Source: Pristiophorus japonicus (Eukaryota). Taken from it: a DNA stretch of 64,000 nt. The position numbers were made by a program, and so were the translations under genes. The stretch covers positions 88,288,001 to 88,352,000 of the forward strand of contig NC_091994.1 of the NCBI RefSeq assembly GCF_044704955.1, written 5' to 3'. The notes under the pieces are model-generated. The model was not told where the DNA came from, ran no database searches, and saw only the letters and a program-made list of their open reading frames with translations. Positions 24,195-37,864 of this stretch are shown here, one piece after another (position 1 is the first letter of the stretch; the number at the start of each line of letters is the position of its first letter).

Positions 24195-25139
24195 ATTCTC
24201 AATATGCTCCTACAACTTTCCCAATACCTGGAGTACTGGCGGTCACTGTTTTAATTTAGCAGTTGCCCCGAGTTATTCAAATGTTTCACAATACAGACAG
24301 CATCTTTTCACAAGTGTTACCACTGACTGACCCTCTTGGTTGTAGCTGATTAAAACTTGGTTGGGGGAAGCTGCAATCATGGCCCTGTATGAAATTAGTG
24401 AAAGGTAATGATGTGCAGGCTCTGAGGATATGAGTGCACTGCATTTATCTTTAGGGAGCAGAGGTTTAATAGTGGTACAATCAGCTGGACTCCACAGGCT
24501 CCACCAGTGTCCCAGCCATCAGAAATGGTGGGCTGGCTGTGCTGTTTTACTCGCTGGTGGAGTAACATTAGATGGGCTGGCCACAGATAGGATTGCTCCT
24601 GTATTCTGCACCTCCAGCACTTTAAAAAAAAGATTAACAGCAACATTTAAAAAAATCCAAAAGGAATCAAAAACCAGAAGTTACCACAGCTTCAGATCCC
24701 CGGTCGGTGCAGAGCTCACCAGATGCTGAGGGCCGCATAATTTATATATTCTTCCTCGCTCATTCATAAATCTTTGTACTTTTACCCTCAAACTGAATTT
24801 TATTTCATTACAGTAAGCGTTGAATGTGGAAACAATCGCTATACAAAACTTGATTTATGATTTCTGTTTGAGGTCCCACCCGTGCAACATGCATTGAGGG
24901 TGCTGTTCACCATGCAAATAATATTGTTTCCATTCATATCCAGTCCGAGACTGCTAGTTACATGGGGTCCTACAGGAAATGAGATCCAGTCCTTGATGAG
25001 TTTGGCCTACAGAACAAAACCGCCTCTAGTTCAGCACTTAATTGGCAATCCCATTCAGACAGGGCACAGGAGGAGAGTGTAAGAAATGTGTAAATATCAC
25101 ACTAGTGCTCTTCTGAATTTGTAACAGAGACAAATTGTT

Positions 25140-25290
25140 GGGATGTGTAAAGCGGCTTTACTCTACATTTAACCTGTGCTGCTAATGTTTTACAGAGGGC
25201 TTTACTCTGCACCTAATCTGCACTCTCGATAACCTGGCAATGTTTGATGGGACAGTGTAGAGAGATCGGACCCAGGAGTGCTTGATGTGG
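25140..25290. repeat. Degenerate remnant of a ~60-bp satellite-like repeat
   Basis: Repeated GCTTTACTCT(A/G)CA..TAA.CTG and TGTTTGATGGGACAGTGTAGAG-like words. Confidence 0.4.
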
Positions 25291-25669
25291 ATACTGGGTG
25301 CTTGCAATGAAAATTGTTCCATTCCTCAGTCACTAACATCCCTCAAATTGATGAATACAAACAAATTAAAACATTTTTTAAAAGCTAGACAGCTAAGGAG
25401 TGAGCTGAGGGGCAGTGAAAAGCTCCAGGGTGGGTTGTGTATTCACAGCTATATAAGGTCAGCAACAATTGCATTATTTTTTACATTGGAATTATAAAAT
25501 GTGTAATCCGAGGCGGCACAGTTAGAGTCAGAGAGGCTTGGACCCTGCAGCAGGCAGGAGGTAGACAAGATGGCCACAGCGAGGCCTCAACATGGACCTG
25601 AATGGCGGAGACAGTGAGGTTCAGATCTACGAATAAACACAGGCTGATGCTTTACGATTTAGTCCCTAA

Positions 25670-25675
25670 TTTATT
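25670..25675 (-). terminator. Candidate polyadenylation signal of SLC25A34
   Basis: AATAAA on the minus strand about 445 nt downstream of the stop codon; another candidate near 24800. Confidence 0.3.
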
Positions 25676-26118
25676 TCTGATGTTGTCCCAGACCAGTGTA
25701 TGGACTAGTCTAGCCACGTAATAATGCTCTTCCAATTGGCTCAGTGTTGCTGTTGTCGTAGCTTCCTTATTACCACAGGATGAAAATGGTGCACAGGCCT
25801 GGGGCCATCGCTGAGTTTCAGAACTGTCTGTAGCAATCACTCACTCCACCAAATTGTTGCTGAGGCAGTTGAAGTGAGAGGACCATCAGTAGAATGGAGT
25901 GGAGCTATACTCAGGCTGTTCCAGTGTAGTTTGAGGAATAACAGACTCTTCTATTAACCTGAGGGATTGGAACACCCTCTTCTTGGTCACCATCAGAGAC
26001 CCAACAGGCAGGTTTAGCAACTCCTTTGGCTCAAAGTTGATGGAGACCAACTACTTGCTCTGTTTCTACTGGAGGTTTCACCCCAGTACGTAAACACTCA
26101 GTACTGTAGCGGGGTGAC

Positions 26119-26301
<183 letters not shown>

Positions 26302-26413
26302 CTACAAGGAATGAAAGTGTTTAAAATCAGACAGATCCTTCTTAATGAGACACTGCACTCACTATAGCAACACATGCATTCGTGCTCACTGACCAGCATC
26401 ACTTAAATAAAAT

Positions 26414-26888
26414 GGGGTAGATAATGACCTTTGGGCAATGCTCTGATTGGCCGCCCGTTCCAGTGGCGGAGACCCACGTCATTTTGAGGCTCCAGCCTCA
26501 TTTAAATTCAGCAAGTGAACCACCAGGGCACCAAAGAGGCGTTCCAATGCAGCTCACTGGATTGAAGCCGCCAACACGATAAATTGCAGAGGGGGGATCC
26601 ACAAAAATAATTGAAGACTGACTTTAGAGGGTCCCTTCTCTTCCATGGTATGCACCGTGCAGGCTCCGACCAGTTCCCACCTGAAATGGCAATCGGGGTC
26701 CTATTTAGGTAATAGGACCCCAATTTACAAATTAAAAGGGGCTGATCCCTGAAGCAGGCGGGCCTTTGGACACCTGGTGGTATCCCCCTTTTAAAATGGA
26801 GCCAGCCGCATTAGCAGTGGCTACCGATCCCATTTTGAGGCCATTCTCGTGCTGTTAATGCCAGGCAAGGGCACTTAAAATCGACCCC
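26414..26888. mobile_element. PIF/Harbinger-like MITE
   Basis: Imperfect TIR GGGGTAGATAAT / AAAATCGACCCC; 3-bp flanking duplication AAT. Confidence 0.55.
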
Positions 26889-27034
26889 AATATCTCCTAC
26901 CAGTATAGGGGGAGGGTTGTTTGGCACACAGGAGAAGAATCAACTGCATATTTTAAAAACTAGTTGAATTTGACACTGAGAATGGCTGGAGGTTAGGGTA
27001 ATGTTGTGTAAACTGTTTAGCCAGACTAGGGGTA

Positions 27035-27369
27035 TGGTTTCATAGGCACCAGCCAGTCTCTGCTACCTTGCCCAAGTAACCATTCATCGTGGATCAACTA
27101 ACCAGCGAATGCCAGTAGACTATTTGACTGTGGATAGAGCCAAGCCCCGTCCTACCTTCACCTGAGATTCATACCCAGACACTTAGCAGCGAGGGCACTG
27201 GACAGCGATTAAAAGTTGGAACGCAGGCTGAATTTATTCTCCTCCCTAGCCCAGGCTAAATGTAACTCTCTTATTGCAATCAGCTAACTCAGCAGAGACT
27301 AGGGATTAGACCTGGGACTGTGCTAGTCTGTTCCCACTGGGAGCATACTCACCAACTGAGCCATCAGGG
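27035..27369 (-). mobile_element. tRNA-derived SINE, family B
   Basis: A-box-like TGGCTCAGTTGG head on the minus strand; similar to 23235-23625. Confidence 0.6.
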
Positions 27370-27729
27370 CAGAGGAATGGCTAAATATTATCAAAGTGTC
27401 TTAAGCTGTTCATAGTGTGTATGGACAAACTACTTAGTTAGCCTCTCCACCCCTTCAGCGACAATACTGAGACAGATTTTCAGTTTCCCATCCTCCTTTG
27501 GTTCCACTGGGAGAGGCAGGACTGCTGCTCAACACTCCCTCCGTTTGCCGTGGGAATCTGGTTTGCTTCACCTTCGCACCCTATTCTCCACCTGCCACAC
27601 CACCGCCCCCCCCAACCCCCAACCTCCCATAAATCAAGCAAGAGGCCACCTTACCACATCTAGTTCAGCAAGAGCAAATCTACGTGCTACCACTCACTGG
27701 CTCCCAACATTCACAGTGAACACTGCCCC

Positions 27730-28098
27730 TAGCGTTGTCAACCCTCCTGGATTGTCCTGGAATCTCCAGGAATTGAAGATTAATATCCAGGACTCTGCTG
27801 TGAGCAAAACCCGGGAGAAAAATCATAGGGGGAATAAAAAAAAGTTTTTTTTTCATTTTCATTGAAGATTTTAATTTATTAATTATAAAAAGATTGGAGC
27901 TGGTGGGTGGGGGGGGAAGGGACGTTTGACCGATAGTCGAGAATCATCCAATCATGATCGCTTTCCAATTGGCATGAGAAGGCAGTGCACCCCGAGGATG
28001 GAGGTGTTGGGTAAGGGGGCAGGTAGAGGTCATGTGATGAAACCTCCAGGAATACACCCAACCAGAGTTGGCAACCCCAACCAGAGTTGGCAACCCCA
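27730..28098. mobile_element. hAT-type MITE with a duplicated right terminus
   Basis: TIR TAGCGTTGTCAAC / GTTGGCAACCCCA; TSD ACTGCCCC (27722-27729) / ACTGCCCT (28099-28106). Confidence 0.75.
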
Positions 28099-28291
28099 AC
28101 TGCCCTGTATAGTCACAGCTAAACAAAGAGATTTAAACACTCCCTCTGCTCTACTCGATGTTGCAATTATGAGTTGAATTTCACCAAGTTTGGTTTTACT
28201 GGGTAAGTGGATTTAGAGATACCACTGGAATTCTGGCTGGTCCAGCTCTCCCTATAAGCAGTTCTGATGCCGGAAAGAATTATGAATTCTA

Positions 28292-28522
<231 letters not shown>

Positions 28523-28819
28523 TTAATTTTCTTTTATTTAATTTGATTCTCAAATGGACACCACAGAAACCTGAGCTGTGACACCCGATGTTCCATGAGG
28601 GAAGTAAAAGAGTTAGGATTCAGCATCATAGGATCCAACATTACTGACCTCGCTTTAACCCAGGCCCACACCATCCTGGCTGCCCCCTGGAACAATAGTG
28701 ATGTCTTGGAACAGAACTAAAGTTAGGACAATGCCAAGCCTGCTGGCTGAAGAGTCTGAACAGTTGGGGCCAAATTAAAACTCTCCATATGGTTCTAGGT
28801 TTAGATTATCGCCGTAACT

Positions 28820-29121
28820 TTCATCAACCCTCCGAGATCTGGTCTCTGGTGCATGCCCCACTCCCTTCACCACACATCTGGCAGCCGTGCCTTCAACTGT
28901 CTTGGCCCTAAACACTGGAATTCCCTCCCTAACCACACTGCCTTTCCCTCTCTCTCTCCTTTGATCCTCCTTAAAACCCTCCTCCTTGACCAAGCTTTTA
29001 GTCAACCCTCCAAGTATTTCCTTCTTTGGCTCGGCAATGATTTTTGTCAGATTAGTGTTGTTGAAGCATTTTGGGACATTTTTCTCTGCTATAAGCATTT
29101 TGTAAGTGCAAGTTATTGTTG
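28820..29121 (+). mobile_element. L2 LINE 3' fragment
   Basis: RAF..LGP..WNSLP, LKT.L motifs; tail similar to 44990-45513. Confidence 0.7.
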
Positions 29122-29304
29122 ATTTTCTAATTAGATTCATTCTAAAATATAATCGTCACCAAGAATGTAAGCAGCAAATCTGAGGTTACATACTTCTTCC
29201 AAATGCTGCACCAATCCAACTTGCAGTGACAACCATCTCCCCATTCAGCCAAAGGATCCAATTAATGCTGGCCCTGGCTCCTACCAGTCCCGGCTCCAAT
29301 CTTT

Positions 29305-29610
29305 CAGTGAGTAATGCTGTCGCCTCTGAATCAGTAGGATGTGGGCTCAAGTCCCACTCCAGAGACTTGAACACATAATCCAGGCTGACACTCCAGTGCA
29401 GTACTGAGGGAGTGCTGCACTGTCGGAGGTGCCCACCTTCAGATGAGGCGTTAAATCAAGGCCCCATCTGTCCTCACAGGTGGACTTAAAAGATCCCATG
29501 GCACTATTTCGAAGAAGAGCAGGGGGGTTCTAGCCAACATTTATCTCTCAACCAACATGGGACGTCCTGAGGTCGTGAAAGGCAATATATAAATGCAAAA
29601 TCTTTCTTTA
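29305..29610 (+). mobile_element. Deu-domain SINE, internally deleted
   Basis: tRNA-like head, GGAGGTGCC..GATGAG..GTTAAA..GATCCCATGGCAC core, L2-like tail. Confidence 0.8.
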
Positions 29611-29874
29611 ATTCCTACTGGTCCTGGCTGCATTATCCAGGAGGAGTTGATGAGTGAGCTGTGCTTGGTGTGGGATAGGATGCGAGCAACAGAGTTTTGT
29701 ATGAGTTGAAGTTTAGGAAGAGTGAAAGATTGAGGCCAGCTAGGAGAGCATTAGAATAATCAAGTTTGGAGGTAACAAAGACATATACAAGGGCTTCAGT
29801 AGCAGATGAGCACAGGTGGGATGGAGGCAGGAATGTTATGTAGGCTGCCTTTATGATGGTGAGAATGTGGAGTT

Positions 29875-30702
29875 ACATAAGAACATAAGAAATAGGAGCA
29901 GGAGTAGGCCATACGGCCCCTCGAGCCTGCTCCACCATTTAATAAGATCATGGCTGATCTGATCACGGACTCAGCTCCACTTCCCCGCCTGCTCCCCATA
30001 ACCCCTTATCCCCTTATTGTTTAAGAAACTGTCTATTTCTGTCTTAAATTTATTTAATGTCCCAGCTTCCACAGCTCTCTGAGGCAGCGAATTCCACAGA
30101 TTTACAATCCTCTGAGAGAAGAAATTTCTCCTCATTTGAGTTTTAAATGGGCGATCCCTTATTCTAAGATCATATCCTCTAGTTCTAGTCTCCCCCATCA
30201 GTGGAAACATCCTCTCTGCATCCACTTTGTCAAGCCCCCTCATAATCTTATACGTTTCGATAAAATCACCTCTCATTCTTCTGAATTCCAATGATTAGAG
30301 GCCCGACCTACTCAACCTTTCCTCATAAGTCAACCTCCTCATCCCCAGAATCAACCTAGTGAACCTTCTCTGAACTGCCTCCAAAGCAAGTATATCCTTT
30401 TGTAAATATGGAAACCAAAAGTGCACGCAGTATTCCTGGTGTAGCCTCACCAATATCTTATATAGCTGTAGCAAGACTTCCCTGCTTTTATACTCCATCC
30501 TCTTTGCAATAAAGGTCAAGATACCATTGGCCTTCCTGATCACTTGCTGTACCTACATACTATCCTTCTGTGTTTCATGCACAAGTACTCCCAGGTCCCA
30601 CTCTACTGCAGTATTTTGCAATCTTTTTCCATTTAAATAATAACTTGCTCTTTGATTTTTTCTGCCAAAGTGCATGACCTCACACTTTCCAACATTATAC
30701 TC
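29875..30702 (-). mobile_element. CR1 3' fragment (second subfamily, TTCTTATG tail), inserted in an old L2-like relic
   Basis: RT C-terminal ORF remnants; ACATAAGAACATAAGAA tail. Confidence 0.9.
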
Positions 30703-30904
30703 ACCTCAAGGTTGAACAGGAAGCAGAGGTCACAAATAGTCTAGTTCAGTCCTCATAATTTTAAAACTCTCTATTAAATCCCTTCTTGGCCTTCTCTGCT
30801 CCAGTGGAAATAGTCCTAATATCTTCTCACAAGTATGGTTTCTCATCCCTGGTATCATCCTGGCGAACGTCTATGGCTTGTAACGTCCATTCTATAATAG
30901 GGCT

Positions 30905-31085
30905 GATGTCCACACATGCACATTTTGGAACAGGGGTCAGGAGCAGGATCCTTGGCAGATTTTCCCTCCCTAGCCCAGGTCACTGAGCCTCTGCTGCCAC
31001 CTCAACTGAAATCAGTTAACTCAGCTCAGGCTGGGAACCAAGCCTAAGAGTTTCTGGATAAACTCATTAAGCCATTGGGGAGAGG
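30905..31085 (-). mobile_element. tRNA-derived SINE, family B, partial
   Basis: Shared CAGGAGC.GGA.CC.TGGC.GATTTT.CCTCCCTAGCCCAGG block. Confidence 0.55.
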
Positions 31086-31289
31086 GGGAAAGAACCTGGA
31101 TCATGAAATATTGAACAAGCAAAGTCACTGAGCCCTCCGCCTCCAACAGCCAATGAGAGGTCTGTATCATCAGGGAGGCTATGAGATCGTGAGGCTCACA
31201 TTGCGTACTATGAATTCCATGTAGGGAGAGGTCCTGTGGGAAGGAGGAAGGAAGGAGGACAGTAGGAGTATGTTTGAGTTTGTGTGTAT

Positions 31290-31522
31290 GTATTGGCACA
31301 TGTGGCAGAGCCTGGTCTCCAGTCATCTTGGATCCCCTTGCCACTGGACCAGGACCTTGCTCCGTCAAGCCTGTGGGGTGGCTGGTGTGCAACGGCCACC
31401 CCACGTTAAAAGAATTCACGCAAGGGCATCTTCCCCCGTTTAAAATGAGTTCATCAGTCACCTGAGTACTCATTTTTAGTGTGGAAGCAAGTCATCCTCG
31501 AGCCTGAGGGACTGCCTATGAT
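31290..31522 (+). mobile_element. Non-autonomous retroposon with RTE 3' tail
   Basis: Same body as 18034-18358; ends GAGGGACTGCCTATGATG. Confidence 0.75.
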
Positions 31523-31656
31523 GGCGATCATCATCAGGGACACTCCTGAGGTCTGATGAGTTGCTGCACTGTGATCCTGTCAACTTGCTACCAAATCAAC
31601 AAAACTGGAATTGTAACCAGATTGTACAGAATCTGAATGAAAGACTGAAGTTGTTA

Positions 31657-31935
<279 letters not shown>

Positions 31936-31974
31936 TCACACAAGGATAGGTTCATGGACTGGAATGTATAGTAC

Positions 31975-32335
31975 CAACAACCTGCATTTATATAGCACTC
32001 TCATGTAGGGGAATATGAGGACGCCAAGCAAGGGACAGGAAAGATTACGGGTGAGTGGGGCTGACAGTACAGTTGAAGAGATGTTTTGAATAAAGGGGGA
32101 GAGGTAACAAGGTAAAGTGTTTTAAGGAGAGAAGTTCAAAGAGCTGGAGCACACTGAGCCTCTGATAGTGGAGCAGAGGGTGAGGGGAGCAATGATCCCA
32201 GAGTCAGAGTGTGGAGAGTCTGTGCGAGGAACAGTGAAGGTTGTTGCGGCCATCAGTGAGATAATGAGGAATGAGATTGTGAAGGGATTGGAACACAAGA
32301 TAAAGAACTTGAAGTCAATGCACTAGGAAGTCAGT
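31975..32335 (-). mobile_element. Degenerate L2 3' fragment
   Basis: CAACAACCTGCATTTATATAGCAC tail. Confidence 0.55.
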
Positions 32336-32350
32336 CACATGGGGGATATA

Positions 32351-33336
32351 TGTGAGGAAGACATTAGGTGTTCACACTAGCCCGTCACTGGTCTGTTGTA
32401 GTTTAACTCAATAGCATTAATCTCCAGCAAACCGGGACTGCTTTTGCACAGCTCCCAGAGGCTGATTCCAGAGTGGCGTAAACCAGTGTCCAACTCTCCT
32501 GCTTGTTCCCTAGGTCAGAGAACGACTGGCAAGGAAAACAAGTTGAAATAGTTAGCCAGGGTGATGCGATTAAGCTTCAGAATGGAAAATGTAAATTGTG
32601 GTCCCATGGGGTTAACCCAGCTCTGGCTACCCCTCCCTCAAATCACTAAAACCTTTACTGATATAGAGACACTGGCAGCTTCAGCTTCAGTTAATAACTG
32701 ACTGTATCAGGATTGCAGCATCATTAGTGACCTTTACTGCAGTGAAACACTGGCCAACTCTTAACAGAACAACAAGCTATCGGTGACAGCAGGAACACAG
32801 AGTCAGCGCATTAACCTCACTTAACACCAATTACTGCATTAACACAAGGGACTTTCAGAGATCCAGACGGTGCCTGATTCTGTCAAAATCTGTCCTGTTG
32901 GTATTATTCCAATCTCTTTAGATTCTCTCATTTCATTCAGGCAGTGAGCATCTGGACCACAAGGTCTGGGCAGTGCCGATCTCTGCGATCCTGGCAGTCT
33001 GGGGTGCCCCTGGGCTTGGAGGAGAATACGAATCCTCCAGGCTTCTTAAATCTGATTACTATCCAGCCACTCATGCTGAAAAATGCATATGTGCGGATGA
33101 GAGTAGGAATGGGCCTGTCTGTGATGTCTCGTTTGGGTGGAATATGTGTGAGGAAGGCATTAGGTGTTAACACTAGCCCGTCGTCACTGGTCTGTTGTAG
33201 TTTAACCTAATAGCATTAACCTCCAGTAAACCGGGACTGCTGTTGCACAGCTCCAGAGTGATTCCAGAGTGGCGTAAACCGGTGTCCAACTCCCCTGCTT
33301 GTTCCTTCGGTCAGACAACGACTGGCAAGGAAAACA
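32351..33336 (+). repeat. Pair of ~190-bp LTR-like direct repeats (32351-32540 and 33147-33336)
   Basis: Both copies start TGTGAGG and end AAAACA and are clearly alignable; each is preceded by a purine-rich tract. Confidence 0.7.
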
Positions 33337-33529
33337 AACTTACTGTCTGGGATGCAACCAGGAGTCAGTACCTTCAGAGAGGAGGGGACTGGTGAGAAAT
33401 AAAAAGATTTCTCCCCCAGGTTCAGGTTCACTCAATGCTGAACAATCTCTGTCAACGGGTCCCAATTTTATACGATTTAACCTGCATTCCATATACATTG
33501 TCCCCTGAAGGTAATGACTCTAGCTGGGG

Positions 33530-33730
33530 TATTGCCCCCTGGCTGCTCTCCAGTACCTTCCTCGATGGATCAGGGGGCAGGCATCCTGGCTGATTTTGCC
33601 CTCCCGAAGCTGGGATCAGAGAGGCCCATTGACGCACTCCCACTGCTGTTCCAGCTGAGACTGACTGATTCAGGGATAGAATCTGCTTCCCGGTCTGTGT
33701 GACTCAGTACTTCACTAGGCCACCGTGGGA
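33530..33730 (-). mobile_element. tRNA-derived SINE, family B, degraded
   Basis: Similarity to 23440-23625. Confidence 0.45.
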
Positions 33731-33911
33731 TGCTGTTCTTTGTCATTAAAATATATTTCACTGGATTTATAAATACAGCTGCACCTCGCCCAGAGTAAAC
33801 CCGAAGAGGATGGCAGTTGTGTTTGCAGCTCCTCAATGAAAAAGTGATCTGCAGAAAGACCAAAGCAATGGGGAGGGGTTGAAGAAAGGTGCTGTGCAAG
33901 TCTCAGATTTG

Positions 33912-34350
33912 GTGTCAGCTGTGGCTCAGTGGGTAGCATAATTGCCTATGAGTCAGACGGGTGTGGGTTCAAGTCCCACTCTAAGGACCTGAGCACAAGA
34001 ATCTAGGCTGACACTCCAGTGGAGTGCTCAGGGAGTGCTGAACTGTTGGAGGTGTCGTCTTTCTGATGAGATGTTAAACTGAGGCCCCATCTGCTCTCTC
34101 AGGTGGATGTAAAAGATACCATGACACTATTCCAAAGAAGAGCAGAGGGGTTATCCACGGTGTCCTGGCCAATATTTATCCCTCAATCAACATCACTAAA
34201 ACTGATTATCCAGTCATTATCACATTGCTGCTTATGGGACCTTGATGTGTGCAAATTGGCCGTGTTTCCTAAATTGCAACAATGACTACACTCCAAAAAG
34301 TTGGCTGTAAAGTGCTTTGGGGTGTCCGGTGGTCGTGAAAGATGCTTTTA
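33912..34350 (+). mobile_element. Full-length Deu-domain tRNA-derived SINE (SacSINE1-like)
   Basis: A box TGGCTCAGTGG, B box GGTTCAAGTCC, Deu-like core, 3' tail AAATGCAAGTCTTTCTTTCTT. Confidence 0.85.
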
Positions 34351-34379
34351 AATGCAAGTCTTTCTTTCTTGCAAAAAGT

Positions 34380-34690
34380 GTCAAATAAGACTTTAAACTG
34401 AGAGCCCGCCTGCCTGTTTCAATGGTTTAGGTGATCTCATGGCAGTATATGAAATACGGCACAACGTTCACCCACTGTCCTGGCCAACATTCCTCCCTCA
34501 CCCAACAAGACCAAAAAGAGATTGATTCGTCTTTCAGCTCATTGCTGTTTGTGGGATCTCACCGTGTGCATAGTTACTGCCATGTTTGCCCAATACAACA
34601 ATGACTACTGCACTTCAAAGTCATTTATGTTGTTTGAAATTATTTTTGAGAGATCTGATAAGATGTTGTATAAATGTAAGCCTTTCTTTC
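34380..34690 (+). mobile_element. Older partial copy of the same SINE
   Basis: TGTCCTGGCCAACATT...CATTGCTGTTTGTGGGA...ATAAATGTAAGCCTTTCTTT. Confidence 0.65.
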
Positions 34691-34883
34691 CAAATAGTTT
34701 GTGTTATGTATGTAAACATTGTAACTGTGTAAAACTTGCCACCAGAGGGCGCAACTGTTGGAGGCTCAAGGGTAACCTGCACACATAGAAATATAGAAAC
34801 ATAGAAAATAGGTGCAGGAGTAGGCCATTCGGCCCTTCTAGCCTGCACCGCCATTCAATGAGTTCATGGCTGAACATGCAACT

Positions 34884-37790
34884 TCAGTACTCCATTCCTG
34901 CTTTCTCACCATACCCCTTGATTCCCCTAGTAGTAAGGACTTCATCTAACTCCTTTTTGAATATATTCAGTGAACTGGCCTCAACAACTTTCTGTGGTAG
35001 AGAATTCCACAGGTTCACCACTCTCTGGGTGAAGAAATTCCTCCTCATCTCAGTCCTAAATGGCTTACCCCTTATCCTTAGACTGTGTCCCCTGGTTCTG
35101 GACTTCACCAACATTGGGAACATTCTTCCTGCATCTAACCTGTCTAACCCCATCAGAATTTTAAATGTTTCTATGAGGTCCCCTCTCATTCTTCTGAACT
35201 CCAGTGAATACAAGCCCAGTTGATCCAGTCTTTCTTGATATGTCAGTCCCGCCATCCCGGGAATCAGTCTGGTGAACCTTCGCTGCACTCCCTCAATAGC
35301 AAGAATGTCCTTCCTCAGGTTAGGAGATCAAAACTGTACACAATACTCCAGGTGTGGCCTCACCAAGGCCCTGTACAACTGTAGCAACACCTCCCTGCCC
35401 CTGTACTCAAATCCCCTCGCTATGAAGGCCAACATGCCATTTGCTTTCTTAACCGCCTGCTGTACCTGCATGCCAACCTTCAATGACTGATGTACCATGA
35501 CACCCAGGTCTCTTTGCACCTCCCCTTTTCCTAATCTGTCACCATTCAGATAATAGTCTGTTTCTCTGTTTTTACCACCAAAGTGGATAACCTCACATTT
35601 ATCCACATTATACTTCATCTGCCATGCATTTGCCCACTCACCTAACCTATCCAAGTCGCTCTGCAGCCTCATAGCATCCTCCTCGCAGCTCACACTGCCA
35701 CCCAACTTAGTGTCATCCGCAAATTTGGAGATACTACATTTAATCCCCTCGTCTAAATCATTAATATACAGTGTAAACAGCTGGGGCCCCAGCACAGAAC
35801 CTTGCGGTACCCCACTAGTCACTGCCTGCCATTCTAAAAAGTCCCCATTTACTCCTACTCTTTGCTTCCTGTCTGACAACCAGTTCTCAATCCATGTCAG
35901 CACACTACCCCCAATCCCATGTGCTTTAACTTTGCACATTAATCTCTTGTGTGGGACCTTGTCGAAAGCCTTCTGAAAGTCCAAATATACCACATCAACT
36001 GGTTCTCCCTTGTCCACTCTACTGGAAACATCCTCAAAAAATTCCAGAAGATTTGTCAAGCATGATTTCCCTTTCACAAATCCATGCTGACTTGGACCTT
36101 TCATATCACCTCTTTCCAAATGCACTGCTATGACATCCTTAATAATTGATTCCATCATTTTACCCACTACCGATGTCAGGCTGACCGGTCTATAATTCCC
36201 TGTTTTCTCTCTCCCTCCTTTTTTAAAAAGTGGGGTTACATTGGCTACCCTCCACTCCATAGGAACTGATCCAGAGTCAATGGAATGTTGGAAAATGACT
36301 GTCAATGCATCCACTATTTCCAAGGCCACTTCCTTAAGTACTCTGGGATGCAGTCCATCAGGCCCTGGGGATTTATCGGCCTTCAATCCCATCAGTTTCC
36401 CCAACACAATTTCCCGACTAATAAGGATTTCCCTCAGTTCCTTCTCCTTACTAGACCCTCCAACCCCTTTTATATCCGGAAGGTTGTTTGTGTCCTCCTC
36501 AGTGAATACCGAACCAAAGTACTTGTTCAATTGGTCCGCCATTTCTTTGTTCCCCGTTATAACTTCCCCTGATTCTGACTGCAGGGGACCTACGTTTGTC
36601 TTTGCTAACCTTTTTCTCTTTACATATCTATAGAAACTTTTGCAATCCGTCTTAATGTTCCCTGCAAGCTTCTTCTCGTACTCCATTTTCCCTGCCCTAA
36701 TCAAACCCTTTGTCCTCCTCTGCTGAGTTCTAAATTTCTCCCAGTCCCCGGGTTCGCTGCTATTTCTGGCCAATTTGTATGCCACTTCCTTGGCTTTAAT
36801 ACTATCCCTGATTTCCCTTGATAGCCACGGTTGAGCCACCTTCCCTTTTTTATTTTTACGCCAGACAGGAATGTACAATTGTTGTAGTTCATCCATGCTG
36901 TCTCTAAATGTCTGCCATTGCCCATCCACAGTCAACCCCTTCAGTATCATTTGCCAATCTATCCTAGCCAATTCACGCCTCATACCTTCAAAGTTACCCT
37001 TCTTTAAGTTCTGGACCATGGTCTCTGAATTAACTGTTTCATTCTCCATCCTAATGCAGAATTCCACCATATTATGGTCACTCTTCCCCAAGGGGCCTCG
37101 CACAACGAGATTGCCAATTAATCCTCTCTCATTACACAACACCCAGTCTAAGATGGCCTCCCCCCTAGTTGGTTCCTCGACATATTGGTCTAGAAAACCA
37201 TCCCTTATGCACTCCAGGAAATCCTCCTCCACCGTATTGCTTCCAGTTTGGTTAACCCAATCTATGTGCATATTAAAGTCACCCATGATAACTGCTGCAC
37301 CTTTATTGCACGCACCCCTAATTTCATGTTTGATGCCCTCCCCAACATCACTACTACTGTTTGGAGGTCTGTACACAACTCCCACTAACGTTTTTTGCCC
37401 TTTTGTATTCTGCAGCTCTACCCATATAGATTCCACATCGTCCAAGCTAATGTCCTTCTGAACTATTGCCTTAATTTCCTCCTTAACCAGCAATGCCACC
37501 TCCTTTTCCTTTTATTCTATCTTTCCTGAATGTTGAATACCCCGGATGTTGAGTTCCCAGCCCTGATCATCCTGGAGCCACGTCTCCGTAATCCCAATCA
37601 CATCATATTTGTTAACATCTATTTGCACAGTTAATTCATCCACCTTATTGCGGATACTCCTTGCATTAAGACACAAAGCCTTCAGGCTTGTTTTTTTAAC
37701 ACCCTTTGTCCTTTTAGAATTTTGCTGTACAGTGGCCCTTTTTGTTCTTTGCCTTGGGTTTCTCTGCCCTCCACTTTTCCTCATCTCCTT
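34884..37790 (-). pseudogene. CR1 ORF2 (APE endonuclease + reverse transcriptase), few lesions
   Basis: 723-aa open segment 35328-37499; frameshifts near 37500-37545; one TGA at 35328. Confidence 0.92.
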
Positions 37791-37864
37791 TCTGTCTTTT
37801 GCTTTTGCCTCCTTTTTGTTTCCCTCTGTCTCCCTGCCTTGGTACCCATCCCCCTGCCATATTA

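Noticed and set aside
32351-33336. Duplicated intronic H/ACA snoRNAs
   Set aside because: An ACA lies near the minus-strand end, but I could not establish a two-hairpin structure or an H box; the LTR-like termini fit better.
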